Assembly (NCBI GenBank): GCA_031411295.1 | Contig: JANOAV010000105.1 | Coordinates: 5,013-69,012, forward strand | Source: Verrucomicrobiales bacterium | Lineage (GTDB): Bacteria > Verrucomicrobiota > Verrucomicrobiia > Verrucomicrobiales > V1-33 | Direction: 5' to 3' | DNA length: 64,000 nucleotides | Shown: piece after piece, positions 18,286 through 27,580 of the stretch | Numbering within the stretch: position 1 is the first letter of the stretch | Layout of the letters: every line of letters starts with the position of its first letter | Made by a program: the position numbers and the translations under genes | The notes under the pieces: generated by a model | The model's input: only the letters and a program-made list of their open reading frames with translations | What the model was told of the DNA's origin: nothing | The model's database searches: none

Positions 18286-19253
18286 GTCAGCCCTCTGCCG
18301 ATCTCGCCATTCAGGTGGAAAATCTTTACCGCTTCTTCGGTCCGCTGAAGGCCGTCAATGGCATCTCCTTTGAGATTCCCCGCGGCCAAGTCGTCGGCTT
18401 CGTGGGAGCGAATGGAGCCGGGAAGACGACCACCATGCGGATGCTCGCCACCTTGGAATACCCCAGCAGTGGACGTGCTAGTGTGCTGGGGAAAAACGTC
18501 GTGCTGCATCCCGCCGCCGTCCGCCGCAGCATCGGCTGGGTGCCGGATGCCTTCGGCACGTATGATAACATGACCGTGCTGGAATACCTCGATTTCTACG
18601 CCCGGGCGCTGGAATTCCGCGGCTCTGATCGCGTGCAAAGAATTCAGGATGTGATGGATTTCACGGATCTGGGAGTGCTCAGTGATCGCATGATCAACAA
18701 ACTTTCCAAAGGGCAAAGTCAGCGTCTGTGCCTGGGGCGCGCTTTGCTGCACGATCCCCAAGTGTTGCTGATGGACGAACCAGCCGCAGGGCTTGATCCC
18801 AAAGCGCGCGTGGAGTTGAAGCAGTTGATCCGCATCCTGGCGCAGGAAGGGAAGACGATCCTCATTTCCAGCCACATCCTCAGCGAGTTAGGGGAAATGT
18901 GTGACACGCTGTTGTTCGTGGACAAAGGCAAGCTCGTCCACCATGGCACTGCTGCCGCCTTGCAGCGGGGCACTGCGGAAGTGGCCTTCTACGATGTTAA
19001 ATTAGCCGACGGTCCGGAGAAACTTTACGAATGGGCCTTGGTCAATCAGCACGTCAAAATTGTCCAGGAGCGCAAAAACGGCGCGCGCTTGGAGATCGAT
19101 TCGCTCGACCATGATCTCATCGCCAGCGTCCTGCGTCGTATGATTACCGACGGCCTTCCCGTAATTGAGTTCCGTCGTGAAGAACGAAATCTGGAGGATG
19201 CATTCATCGACATGCTGGGCACGCTCGACCGCCAAAACAGCTTGGCACCCTAA
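18282..19253 (+). CDS. ABC transporter ATP-binding protein (ABC-2/drug-exporter type)
   Basis: ATGA overlap with the upstream stop; GANGAGKTT, LSKGQSQR, LLMDEP, ISSHIL. Confidence 0.93.
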   Translation: MSQPSADLAIQVENLYRFFGPLKAVNGISFEIPRGQVVGFVGANGAGKTTTMRMLATLEYPSSGRASVLGKNVVLHPAAVRRSIGWVPDAFGTYDNMTVLEYLDFYARALEFRGSDRVQRIQDVMDFTDLGVLSDRMINKLSKGQSQRLCLGRALLHDPQVLLMDEPAAGLDPKARVELKQLIRILAQEGKTILISSHILSELGEMCDTLLFVDKGKLVHHGTAAALQRGTAEVAFYDVKLADGPEKLYEWALVNQHVKIVQERKNGARLEIDSLDHDLIASVLRRMITDGLPVIEFRREERNLEDAFIDMLGTLDRQNSLAP

Positions 19254-19419
19254 AAGACGTGGGATGGCTGTCTCAGTTGCACCAAGCGCCTGCGAGCGAG
19301 CACATCCCAATCGCTTCAGACATCTGCTTGGATGCCTCAATCTCTGCAATTTCACCTACGTTCAGAGGCCTGAATCTCACTTGATTAAGTTGCGCAGAGT
19401 GGCTCTGTTGGTTCATTCC

Positions 19420-19761
19420 ATGTCCACCGAACCCACCTCTGCGCCGACTCCGCCAACCGATCCCAACCCCGCCTTCGAGCGGAGCGATGTTGGCTGCATG
19501 ATTGGCTTGGCCCTGATTCTGATCGTGGTGCCGGTGTCACTCTATGTAGCCGCCCCCATGGCGGTGCTGGGGATAGCCGCTGCCGGAGTCGCGTGGGGAC
19601 TCATGCGCTGCACCCCCAAATCCCTCCGAGACAAGGTGGGGATCTATAAAGTTTTCTGGTTCTGGTTCGTCATGATGGTGCTCTTGGAAGTGTCGGTGGC
19701 GGTGTTCATCAAGTATGCGGACTCAGATCGCTTTAGAGATACTCCGATTCAGCGGATGTGA
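19420..19761 (+). CDS. Small hypothetical membrane protein (about 3 TM helices)
   Basis: ATG 19420 lies within ORF 19165..19761; Pro-rich N-terminus followed by hydrophobic segments; co-oriented with the operon. Confidence 0.6.
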   Translation: MSTEPTSAPTPPTDPNPAFERSDVGCMIGLALILIVVPVSLYVAAPMAVLGIAAAGVAWGLMRCTPKSLRDKVGIYKVFWFWFVMMVLLEVSVAVFIKYADSDRFRDTPIQRM

Positions 19762-19805
19762 TTGGGTGCTGGACAGGTGATGATTTCTCCGTTAGTTCTC
19801 CCCCC

Positions 19806-21335
19806 ATGACTGTTGCTGATTCCGCTCCACTCTCGCCCCTCATTCCGCCGCCCTCCGCTCCACCGGGGGCCTCGAAGATGGATTTGCGTGATTTCCCCGA
19901 TCGCCTCAGCCCCATGGTAGTCAAGGAACTACGACAAGGCCTGCGTGCGCCCATGTTCGTCTGGGCGTTTATCATTGTTCATCTGGTGTTGGTGATGGTC
20001 GTCTTGGCCGGCCTGGATGACACTTCACGTGGAGGGATGACGATGTTTTTCTGGTGGGCCTTCATCATTCCGGTCGTCTTGCTGATGCCCATGCGGGGGA
20101 TCAATGCGTTGACTGACGAGATCAAAATGAAGACCATGGATACGCTGCTGCTGACTCGCTTGTCCGCCCTGCGGATCTGCCTGGGGAAATGGATCGCCAT
20201 CGTGGCCCAGTTGTGGCTGGTGGGACTGACCGTGTTGCCGTATCTCATCATGCGGTATTTTTCCGGAGGGTTGGATCTCTGGAATGAGGTTAAATGGTTG
20301 TTCCATTTCCTCGTCTTGGGCACCTGTTTTGCGGCTGCCACCGTGGGCTTTTCCTGGCAAAAGCATTTTCTCTTTCGCGGCATCACCACTCTGGGGATTG
20401 GTTTCCTCCTGACCGCTTTATGTGCCTTCATCACCAGTGAATTGATTGCCAGCGAGGGCTTCGATGCCGCCAGTTTTAAGCGCACGGAAGGTTCCATCAC
20501 CATGTTTTTTTATCTCATGGCGAGTTACCTATCGTTCTACTTCTTGGACTATGCGGCGGCTCAGATTGCGCCACTGGCGGAAAATCGTTCTACGGCCAGA
20601 CGGATCATTACCCTGCTGCTGATGGCGGTGCTGTGCGGACTGGCCTATTGGAAAGAGGACCTTTCCGTGGTTTGCCTGATGGCCTTGCTGGTGATGCTGG
20701 CATTGGCTGGAGGGGATGCGGCCACTGAGCGTTCAAAACAGGTCTCCATTATTGTGCAGCCATTCGTGAAACGCGGATTTCTAGGCAAACTAGCTGGTCG
20801 GGTGCTGTATCCTGGATGGCATTCCGGCTTCGCTTATTTTCACTTGCTGGCGGGTTTGACGATTCTCGGTGCGTTTTGCTTTGCGCACCATCGTGGCTCC
20901 CATTTGCTAGATCGGAGTTTTGTGCTTTTCTGTCTCGTGGCATATGGGCAGGTGGTCCTGGGGCTGGTAATTCAGCGGCGGTTCTTCAGTCAGGCCAAGT
21001 CCCCCTTGGCAGTATTTATCATCATCGAAGGCGGCATTTTTCTGCTCCACATGCTCCTGCTGCTGTTGGCAAATGTTGGCAAGGTGGATGGGATTCACGT
21101 CCTGATGGTCTGGTCCCCGTATAACGCTTATATCTTGGGCGGGGCCTTTGACTATGGCAGCAGGGACTACTTGGATTCAGGGTGGAGGACCTGGACCGCA
21201 GTGCTCGGCGGGATTTATGCGTGCATCATGTGCTACCTCAGTGCCAAGGAATTCCGCATCACGCGGGCAGTAGAAGCTCAATGCGCCGCTGACTTGGCGG
21301 AGGAAGCCGAAACTAGATCTCCCAGCGCAGCATGA
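19806..21335 (+). CDS. ABC-2-type permease-like polytopic membrane protein
   Basis: LSPMVVKELRQGLR and 'EIKMKTMDTLLLTRLS..ICLGKW' permease signature; many TM helices. Confidence 0.85.
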   Translation: MTVADSAPLSPLIPPPSAPPGASKMDLRDFPDRLSPMVVKELRQGLRAPMFVWAFIIVHLVLVMVVLAGLDDTSRGGMTMFFWWAFIIPVVLLMPMRGINALTDEIKMKTMDTLLLTRLSALRICLGKWIAIVAQLWLVGLTVLPYLIMRYFSGGLDLWNEVKWLFHFLVLGTCFAAATVGFSWQKHFLFRGITTLGIGFLLTALCAFITSELIASEGFDAASFKRTEGSITMFFYLMASYLSFYFLDYAAAQIAPLAENRSTARRIITLLLMAVLCGLAYWKEDLSVVCLMALLVMLALAGGDAATERSKQVSIIVQPFVKRGFLGKLAGRVLYPGWHSGFAYFHLLAGLTILGAFCFAHHRGSHLLDRSFVLFCLVAYGQVVLGLVIQRRFFSQAKSPLAVFIIIEGGIFLLHMLLLLLANVGKVDGIHVLMVWSPYNAYILGGAFDYGSRDYLDSGWRTWTAVLGGIYACIMCYLSAKEFRITRAVEAQCAADLAEEAETRSPSAA

Positions 21336-22231
21336 AATCAAACGTGCTCCAGAATCAGGAAACGCTGCAACAACTGCGCCTGCGGGGCCAGCAGTTGGCG
21401 GAACTATTCCGGCTTCCGCTGCGCCACCACGTGTGGCGCGGGGGCAGTGGCGAGTTCGCTGGAGCGGGCGCGGGTAGCTCAATGGAATTCCAGGATCATC
21501 GCGCTTATGCGGCGGGCGATGACCCACGGCACATCAATTGGCAAGCCTATGCCCGCACGGGGCAATACACCATGAAGGTCTTCCGGGAAGAGGTGCGCCC
21601 GATGGTGGATTTGATCTGTGACGTCTCCGCTTCGCAATGGTTCGATGACACTAAAGCGGCCCGCGTGGTGGAGTTGATGCATTTCGCCTCCGCCGCTGCC
21701 ATCAAAGCGGGAGCATCTTTGCATACGTATCTCGTCAACGGGGGACAGGGGAAACTGATTGGCAATGAACTCCTCTGGACCAACCGCTGGGTCTCAGAGA
21801 TTCCGCAGGCGATTCCTGCCAACGCCAACCCAGAAGCCCCCAATCTAACGAGTATTTCACTCCGGCCGCAGGCGTTGCGCATCCTGCTCTCAGATGCGCT
21901 CTATCCTGGCAGTCCCGAACCCATCCTCCGCGCGCTCAGTGAACGCCAGGGCCGTGGACTCATGTTGGTGCCATTTTGCGAAGCCGAAGCCGGAGTCCAG
22001 TGGGAGGGAAATTATGAATTCGTGGAACCCGAGAGCGAGACGCATCATTTGCGACGCGTCGATTCGCGATTGCTCAAGCGCTATCACGAAGCCTATCAAC
22101 GGCATTTCCAACTCTGGAAAACGGAAACCCTGCGCTACGGCGTGCAATTCGCCAGAGTAGCCGCCGAACCCCTGCTGGAACAAGCCCTGCAGCAAGAAGC
22201 TCAGGCCACCGGCGTGGTCGAAATGGCCTAG
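21332..22231 (+). CDS. DUF58 family protein (MoxR partner)
   Basis: GSSMEFQDHRAYAAGDDPRHINWQAYAR, DVSASQ and LLSD motifs; ATGA overlap. Confidence 0.92.
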   Translation: MKSNVLQNQETLQQLRLRGQQLAELFRLPLRHHVWRGGSGEFAGAGAGSSMEFQDHRAYAAGDDPRHINWQAYARTGQYTMKVFREEVRPMVDLICDVSASQWFDDTKAARVVELMHFASAAAIKAGASLHTYLVNGGQGKLIGNELLWTNRWVSEIPQAIPANANPEAPNLTSISLRPQALRILLSDALYPGSPEPILRALSERQGRGLMLVPFCEAEAGVQWEGNYEFVEPESETHHLRRVDSRLLKRYHEAYQRHFQLWKTETLRYGVQFARVAAEPLLEQALQQEAQATGVVEMA

Positions 22232-22395
22232 CCTTCAGGATCCATCACCGTTGGAGTTCTGGCAACCCAACACCACGTAACGCCGCCATAGTCCAGGGCT
22301 TCAGCCCGTCAATCCCGCCCCGTGAATCAGACGTCTGAATCCACTTGGGACATGCCTGCGGGCAAAAGCCCCCGCCACATTTCCGGCATGATCCT

Positions 22396-22713
22396 GATTG
22401 GTAAAAGATGGGTGGTAAAAGATGAAGCCTTAGAGAGGCTGATCTAATCGGAAGGGCCTACCGCTGACGAGGGGGTTTCGTGACCCCGCCCATTTGCTTT
22501 TTCTTGATTACAAAACAATTGCCGCAAAAGATCGCAAGGAACGCAAAAACTCGATTGGTATTTGCGCTCTTTGAGTTCTTTTGCGGCAATTGGCTCGAAA
22601 AAGAAATTATCAGTGAGCTTTCAGCCTCAGATTTAGCTTATCCTGTTTCCCCGCAGGTCAGGATGTCTGAGCCTATCCAACCCAATCTTTTACCAAAAAT
22701 CTTTCACCAAATC
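22396..22713. repeat. Concentric inverted-repeat element (MITE-like or structured RNA) between convergent genes
   Basis: Inner arms 22516-22547 and 22561-22592 are complementary at 28 of 32 positions. Outer arms 22396-22424 (GATTGGTAAAAGATGGGTGGTAAAAGATG) and 22681-22713 are imperfectly complementary. Both pairs centre at about 22554. Confidence 0.75.
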
Positions 22714-22776
22714 CCAACGAGGAGGAGGTGCGTCATGCTGGGCTGATGCTGCGGCGGTTCAGGAACGTATTGTCGC

Positions 22777-23874
22777 TCAGCTTTCGTCCATCCCCTCGGC
22801 TTCGGCCTCGGTGGCAGACGCATCCCCCTCATAGCGGGGGAATTTTGCCAGCGGCGTCACCACATTGGCCGGCAGTGGGCGCATCTTTTCCTGAATGTTC
22901 TTGGCCAGGAACGCGGACGTAGCATAGGCCTTGGTGAACATTTCCATTTTCGCATCAATGTTATCCACATGATGCAGCAGAATCGCCTCGGGGGTCTTCG
23001 GCAGCACCGGAGAGCCAAAGGCATACTCGCCATGATGGCTGGCAATGAGGTGTAGCAAGTGCAACCTAACATCCTCATTGGTCGGAATGAATGCCATCCA
23101 TTCCTCCAGCGGACTTGCGTCCAGCAGCTTCCGCCAGAGCTTGTTCACCAACTCAATTCCCAGAGTGATGTGGCCCAGCATTTCCCCATGCTCACTGAAG
23201 GGCATGTTGAACCCATCGGCGGGATAACTGTTTTCCCACAGCTTCCCCACATCGTGAAATAGCACGCCCGTTAGCAGCAGATCACGATTCGCCTCCGTAT
23301 AAACACTGCACAGCGCGGCAGCGGAACGCATCATCATACTTACGTGCTCCACCAAGCCTCCGCGTCGGGCATGATGATAGTCACGTGCGGCCGCCGTGCG
23401 CAGGAACCGATCCCCGAAATCGGCAATAAACAACTCCGCCAAGCCTCGGAGGCGGGGATCGTGAATGCTGGCAATCAAATCCAAAATGTGGGCATAATCC
23501 ACCGCCTGCTTTTCCCGCAGCGCCGGCGGCCCCTGCAGCAGCGTATCCTTTTCCTCCGTCGTGAGGGCGCGCAGCGACCAGTTCCGCGGCTCCAGACCAT
23601 ACGTGCCCAGCGTCCACTCCCCGGTCACGGCAATGAACGTTTGCGGCTTGAGCGGCTGGGCGATCGCAAACTGTGGCGCATCCCCCCAGATCCGCAGTGT
23701 GAAATGATCCTGCCCATCCGCCAGTTTCAATTCCAGAAAGGGATTCCCGCTCTTGGTCGGTTTCGTCTGAATGGATTCCAACTGAGCCCGCACCATCCCT
23801 TGACAGGTGGCGGTGGCGCTCGCCTGCTTGAGGCTGGCAATTGTAAAGACTTCGGCTAGTTCTGGGGTATCCAT
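22777..23874 (-). CDS. yhaM: YhaM/Cbf1-family 3'-5' exoribonuclease (OB fold plus HD domain)
   Basis: TKSGNPFLELKLAD (OB fold); AARDYHHA..GGLVEH; LFHDVGK; LGHI; SHHG; PKTPEAILLHHVDNIDAK. Confidence 0.85.
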   Translation of the reverse strand: MDTPELAEVFTIASLKQASATATCQGMVRAQLESIQTKPTKSGNPFLELKLADGQDHFTLRIWGDAPQFAIAQPLKPQTFIAVTGEWTLGTYGLEPRNWSLRALTTEEKDTLLQGPPALREKQAVDYAHILDLIASIHDPRLRGLAELFIADFGDRFLRTAAARDYHHARRGGLVEHVSMMMRSAAALCSVYTEANRDLLLTGVLFHDVGKLWENSYPADGFNMPFSEHGEMLGHITLGIELVNKLWRKLLDASPLEEWMAFIPTNEDVRLHLLHLIASHHGEYAFGSPVLPKTPEAILLHHVDNIDAKMEMFTKAYATSAFLAKNIQEKMRPLPANVVTPLAKFPRYEGDASATEAEAEGMDES

Positions 23875-24014
23875 GTCCCGACTTCAGCGAGAAATCACCC
23901 CCAGAGCAAATGTAATTTGAAAAATCCTCGGATTTTTAGTTTCGCTGAGGAAAAAAATCGGTTTCTTGCGCCTCCGAAATCCCCTGCTTTCCAACCTAAC
24001 TATTCAGAAACTGT

Positions 24015-24608
24015 ATGATCCGAGACATCGTAATCTTTGGTGACCCCGTCCTGCGGGAGAAGTGCGCCTTGGTGTCGGAAGTAACCGATGCCATCCGCGC
24101 CCTGGCCGTGGATCTGGTGGACACCATGCATGCGGCCGAGGGTGTGGGATTGGCCGCCCCGCAAGTCGGCGTGGCCGTGCAATTGGCCGTAGTGGATGTG
24201 CGGGAAGCCAAGGATCCTCTAACCTACCTGCGCGTGAATGGCGTGGACAAGACCATGGAGGAAATGAACCCCCTCATTTTCACCAACCCCAAGCTCGAGT
24301 TCCCCACGCGCCCCAAAGACTCCATGAACGAAGGTTGCCTCAGTTTTCCCGAACTCCGTGCCCCGGTCACCCGACCCGAAGAAGTCCGCGCCACCGTCAC
24401 CCTGCTGGACGGCACCACCATCCTCATCGAAACCGACGGCCTCTTCGGCCGCGCCATCCAACACGAGACCGACCACCTCAACGGCATCCTCTTCATCGAT
24501 CGCACCACCCCCGCCGCCAAACTTTCCCTCAAAAAGAAAATTCGCATCATGCAGGAAGAATGGGGCGAAGCCTGGACCCCAACCCCAGGCCAGAATCCCG
24601 AGGATTAA
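24015..24608 (+). CDS. def: Peptide deformylase
   Basis: GVGLAAPQVG, EGCLSFP and QHETDHLNG motifs. Confidence 0.97.
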   Translation: MIRDIVIFGDPVLREKCALVSEVTDAIRALAVDLVDTMHAAEGVGLAAPQVGVAVQLAVVDVREAKDPLTYLRVNGVDKTMEEMNPLIFTNPKLEFPTRPKDSMNEGCLSFPELRAPVTRPEEVRATVTLLDGTTILIETDGLFGRAIQHETDHLNGILFIDRTTPAAKLSLKKKIRIMQEEWGEAWTPTPGQNPED

Positions 24609-24760
24609 ACGGAACGGCAGTTCCATCCCGCGGCCCCAGCAGTAATCCCGGAAATTACGGTAGTTCACGTCAATGCTTTCGCTAATAATATAGCAGATGA
24701 TTAAAGCTGCCGATTATTCCTACGCAATCCAAGGAGGCGAAATTTGATCTCAAAGTATTT

Positions 24761-26065
24761 ATGAAGTTCCTTCTCGCTCCACTTGTCTCGCTTGCATGCT
24801 TCATCTGCACGGCGCGGGCCCAAAGACTGGGAGTTGTCGATTCTCTTGCCACCGAGAAGGGGCCGGGACCGTGGACGGACCCTGTGGAGCTTAACGTGTG
24901 GCCGAACCAAACGAGCCGAGCCAATGGTGATCCCTGGCTGGTGCAGCATCATGACCAGATCCGGCAGATGCGACCACGTTTGCTGGTCATCAATTTCTCC
25001 AACGTGCATGATCGCAATCACTTGGACGGTTTGATCACCAATCTGAGGTTGGCGATTGGTGAGTCGAGTCGCTATCATGGTTATGCGGACGCCAAGGCTC
25101 CGGTTTTTCTTCAGTATGAGGTTTTCAAATTCGTGGATCTGCGGGATGCTGATCGTAAGCAGGGGGACTCGCGGTTGGTGCCAGTTAAGAACGTGGCGGC
25201 CACGACAGGCTTCAACATGAAGTATGCGGCGTTCTTCAGCGAGGAGTATGCCAAACATTACGGAGTGATCGATCCCAAGAACCCCGCGCGCTTCCTGCGA
25301 TTGGATGAACTGCTGGAGATGGGCTATTGCCACGAAGTTTGGCTTTGTTTATCCGGGGCACCAGAGAATCCGCGAATCGGGGCCTACGAGGTGGTGGAAC
25401 GCAAGCCACAGTATGACGAAAAATTCCAGGTGGTGAAAGGCGTCTCGTTGCAGGCTGGCAACGGTGGGGATGCCGATCAGCCTTGGACGGGACGTTCGGT
25501 GCGAATCGGCACGGTGAATGCGAGCCGCGGGCCGGGTTGTTTCATGGAAAGCCTTTCTCATGGTATGGAGGGCACTGCAAATGCCAATGCCATTCCCTAT
25601 TTCACCCGCTACTTCCAAGACTATGCTGGTTTCAATTTGGACAAGAAGCTCAAGATGCCCTTCAATAGTCTTTACGCCGTCAATTATGGGCGCTCGGACA
25701 TCCAGTATCCCGATCCGCACACAATGATTGTCTGGCATGGCGTGCGGGAATACCGGATCGATAATTATCTCTGCACTGGAGGCAACGCCCATTTTCCTCC
25801 GAATGGCCGCCGCCACTACGATCTGGACAATACCGCTCCCGTGCTCTCTACCATTGAGGACTGGCACATTGGCAGCGGCCCCGGCGGCAAAGATCTCGCC
25901 AAACCTTTTACAAATGCGGCCTTCCAGCAGTATCGTGGACTGGCTCCTGACTGTATGGGGCCGTGGCTCGTTTACTGGAGACAAAACATGCCGGGACTGA
26001 AGAACCGGCAGAAGGCTGACGACGGGAAGTCCATGAAAAATTGGTGGCCATTTCTTTTCTACTGA
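24761..26065 (+). CDS. Hypothetical secreted protein
   Basis: 434-aa ORF with a signal peptide (..TARA/Q). Motifs HEVWL, ESLSHGME, GNAHFPPN..HYD, YWRQNMPG and NWWPF look conserved, but I recognise no named family. Confidence 0.75.
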   Translation: MKFLLAPLVSLACFICTARAQRLGVVDSLATEKGPGPWTDPVELNVWPNQTSRANGDPWLVQHHDQIRQMRPRLLVINFSNVHDRNHLDGLITNLRLAIGESSRYHGYADAKAPVFLQYEVFKFVDLRDADRKQGDSRLVPVKNVAATTGFNMKYAAFFSEEYAKHYGVIDPKNPARFLRLDELLEMGYCHEVWLCLSGAPENPRIGAYEVVERKPQYDEKFQVVKGVSLQAGNGGDADQPWTGRSVRIGTVNASRGPGCFMESLSHGMEGTANANAIPYFTRYFQDYAGFNLDKKLKMPFNSLYAVNYGRSDIQYPDPHTMIVWHGVREYRIDNYLCTGGNAHFPPNGRRHYDLDNTAPVLSTIEDWHIGSGPGGKDLAKPFTNAAFQQYRGLAPDCMGPWLVYWRQNMPGLKNRQKADDGKSMKNWWPFLFY

Positions 26066-26338
26066 CGAAATTTATCGGAGATACAATGGTTTTTTCTTCT
26101 CTGAATCAATCAATTTGGCAATTTCCATAGGTCATCATCGGAAATTCCTAGCCACAGGCGATTGCAGCAGGTGATAACTTTTGGTCGGGTGCCCCACGCA
26201 TAACGTAATTTGTATTTCGAGCTTGCATCTACCCCGAAAAATTGTCTAGGATAAGCGGATCGGTCGCGAATTTTCCGCCTAGCCTGTGGGACGTTCCGTT
26301 GCTGACCAAAGTTTCACCCGCTTTCCCCAGGAATATTC

Positions 26339-27091
26339 ATGCCCATCCCTGCCGCAGCCACAGCAGCCAAGTTCCCGACCACACAGTGGACGGTCGTGCT
26401 GTCGCTGAAAGCGGCCGAAGGGAGTATGGCGCAGGCGAAGGCCATGAGGGAACTGTGTCAGGCCTATTGGTTTCCACTTTACGCCTTCGCTCGGCACCGC
26501 GGGCTACAGCGACAGGATGCGGAGGATGCGGTGCAGAGTTTCTTTGCTTCCACAGGAGATGCGGATTTCTTCCAAAAGGCGGAACAACATAAGGGTAAGC
26601 TGCGCACCTTCATTCTTACCGCCTTCACCCGCATGCTGCTGGATCATCGCGACCGCAGTCTGGCCCAAAAGCGCGGCGGTGGAGTGCCTCACCTTTCAAT
26701 CGATGCCGACCAAGCGGAAGCTTGGCTGCTAGCCGACCCGAAATCCACGGAGGAAGATGCGGCCATGGCTTTCGAGCGCCATTGGGCCAAAAACATCATC
26801 CGCAGTGTCCTGGCGGAATTGGAAGCCGAAGCTGAGTTGACGCCAAAATCCGCCGCCCGGTTCCAGATTGTGAGCCGATTCCTCATGCCGGAGAGTTGTC
26901 TGGACTACACCATTCGCCAAGCCGCTGCCGATCTGGATATCAACGTGGCCACGTGCGAGAAAGCGATTCAACGCCTCCGCGCGCGCTTTCGACAAGCGGT
27001 CCGCAAGGAGGTTGCCAGCACCCTGAATCATCCTACGGAGGCTTCCATCACGGAGGAGATGATTCAACTCCAAAAAGCTCTAATTGAGTAA
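26339..27091 (+). CDS. ECF sigma-70 factor (Planctomycetes/Verrucomicrobia type)
   Basis: FPTTQWTVV, ELCQAYWFPLYAFAR, DAEDAVQSFF, KGKLRTFI, FERHWA; region 4 HTH AAADLDI..AIQRLRARF. Confidence 0.9.
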   Translation: MPIPAAATAAKFPTTQWTVVLSLKAAEGSMAQAKAMRELCQAYWFPLYAFARHRGLQRQDAEDAVQSFFASTGDADFFQKAEQHKGKLRTFILTAFTRMLLDHRDRSLAQKRGGGVPHLSIDADQAEAWLLADPKSTEEDAAMAFERHWAKNIIRSVLAELEAEAELTPKSAARFQIVSRFLMPESCLDYTIRQAAADLDINVATCEKAIQRLRARFRQAVRKEVASTLNHPTEASITEEMIQLQKALIE

Positions 27092-27099
27092 CCCAGCCG

Positions 27100-27549
27100 A
27101 TGTCACGCGAAGCAATCCCAACCTGGTTTTTTGTGCTCGTGGTGGTTCGTAAAGCTGATAAATTTCTGCTGGTTCACGAACGCAAGCACGGTCAGAAATG
27201 GTATCTTCCTGCGGGAAGGATCGAACCCAGCGAGACAGTCATCCAGGCCGCCAAACGGGAAACATTGGAGGAGGCAGGCATTCGAATTACGATTGAAGGG
27301 GTCCTGCGAATTCAGCACACGCCGATGGGGGATGGATCAGCTAGAGTGCGCTTCATTCTGCTGGCTCGGCCGGAAGATGACGCGCCGCCGAAAAGTGAGC
27401 CGGATGATGAGAGCCTGGGCGCTGCATGGATGACTCTAGACGAGGTCAAAAATGTCGCATTGCGAGGCAGCGAGGTTTTACAACTGTTTCAGTCCGCAAC
27501 CGATGGCGCGCCGGTCTATCCGTTAGGTTTGGTTTCGGCGGAGTTCTAG
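27100..27549 (+). CDS. NUDIX hydrolase
   Basis: Nudix box GRIEPSETVIQAAKRETLEEAG; starts 8 bp after the sigma factor stop. Confidence 0.92.
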   Translation: MSREAIPTWFFVLVVVRKADKFLLVHERKHGQKWYLPAGRIEPSETVIQAAKRETLEEAGIRITIEGVLRIQHTPMGDGSARVRFILLARPEDDAPPKSEPDDESLGAAWMTLDEVKNVALRGSEVLQLFQSATDGAPVYPLGLVSAEF

Positions 27550-27580
27550 CAACCTTGCGCTAAGGGAGAACCGTGACTGG

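Noticed and set aside
22480-22746. 88-aa ORF in the intergenic repeat region
   Set aside because: It is a translation of the palindromic element (KIARNAK / FALFEFFCG) with a GTG start and no coding features.
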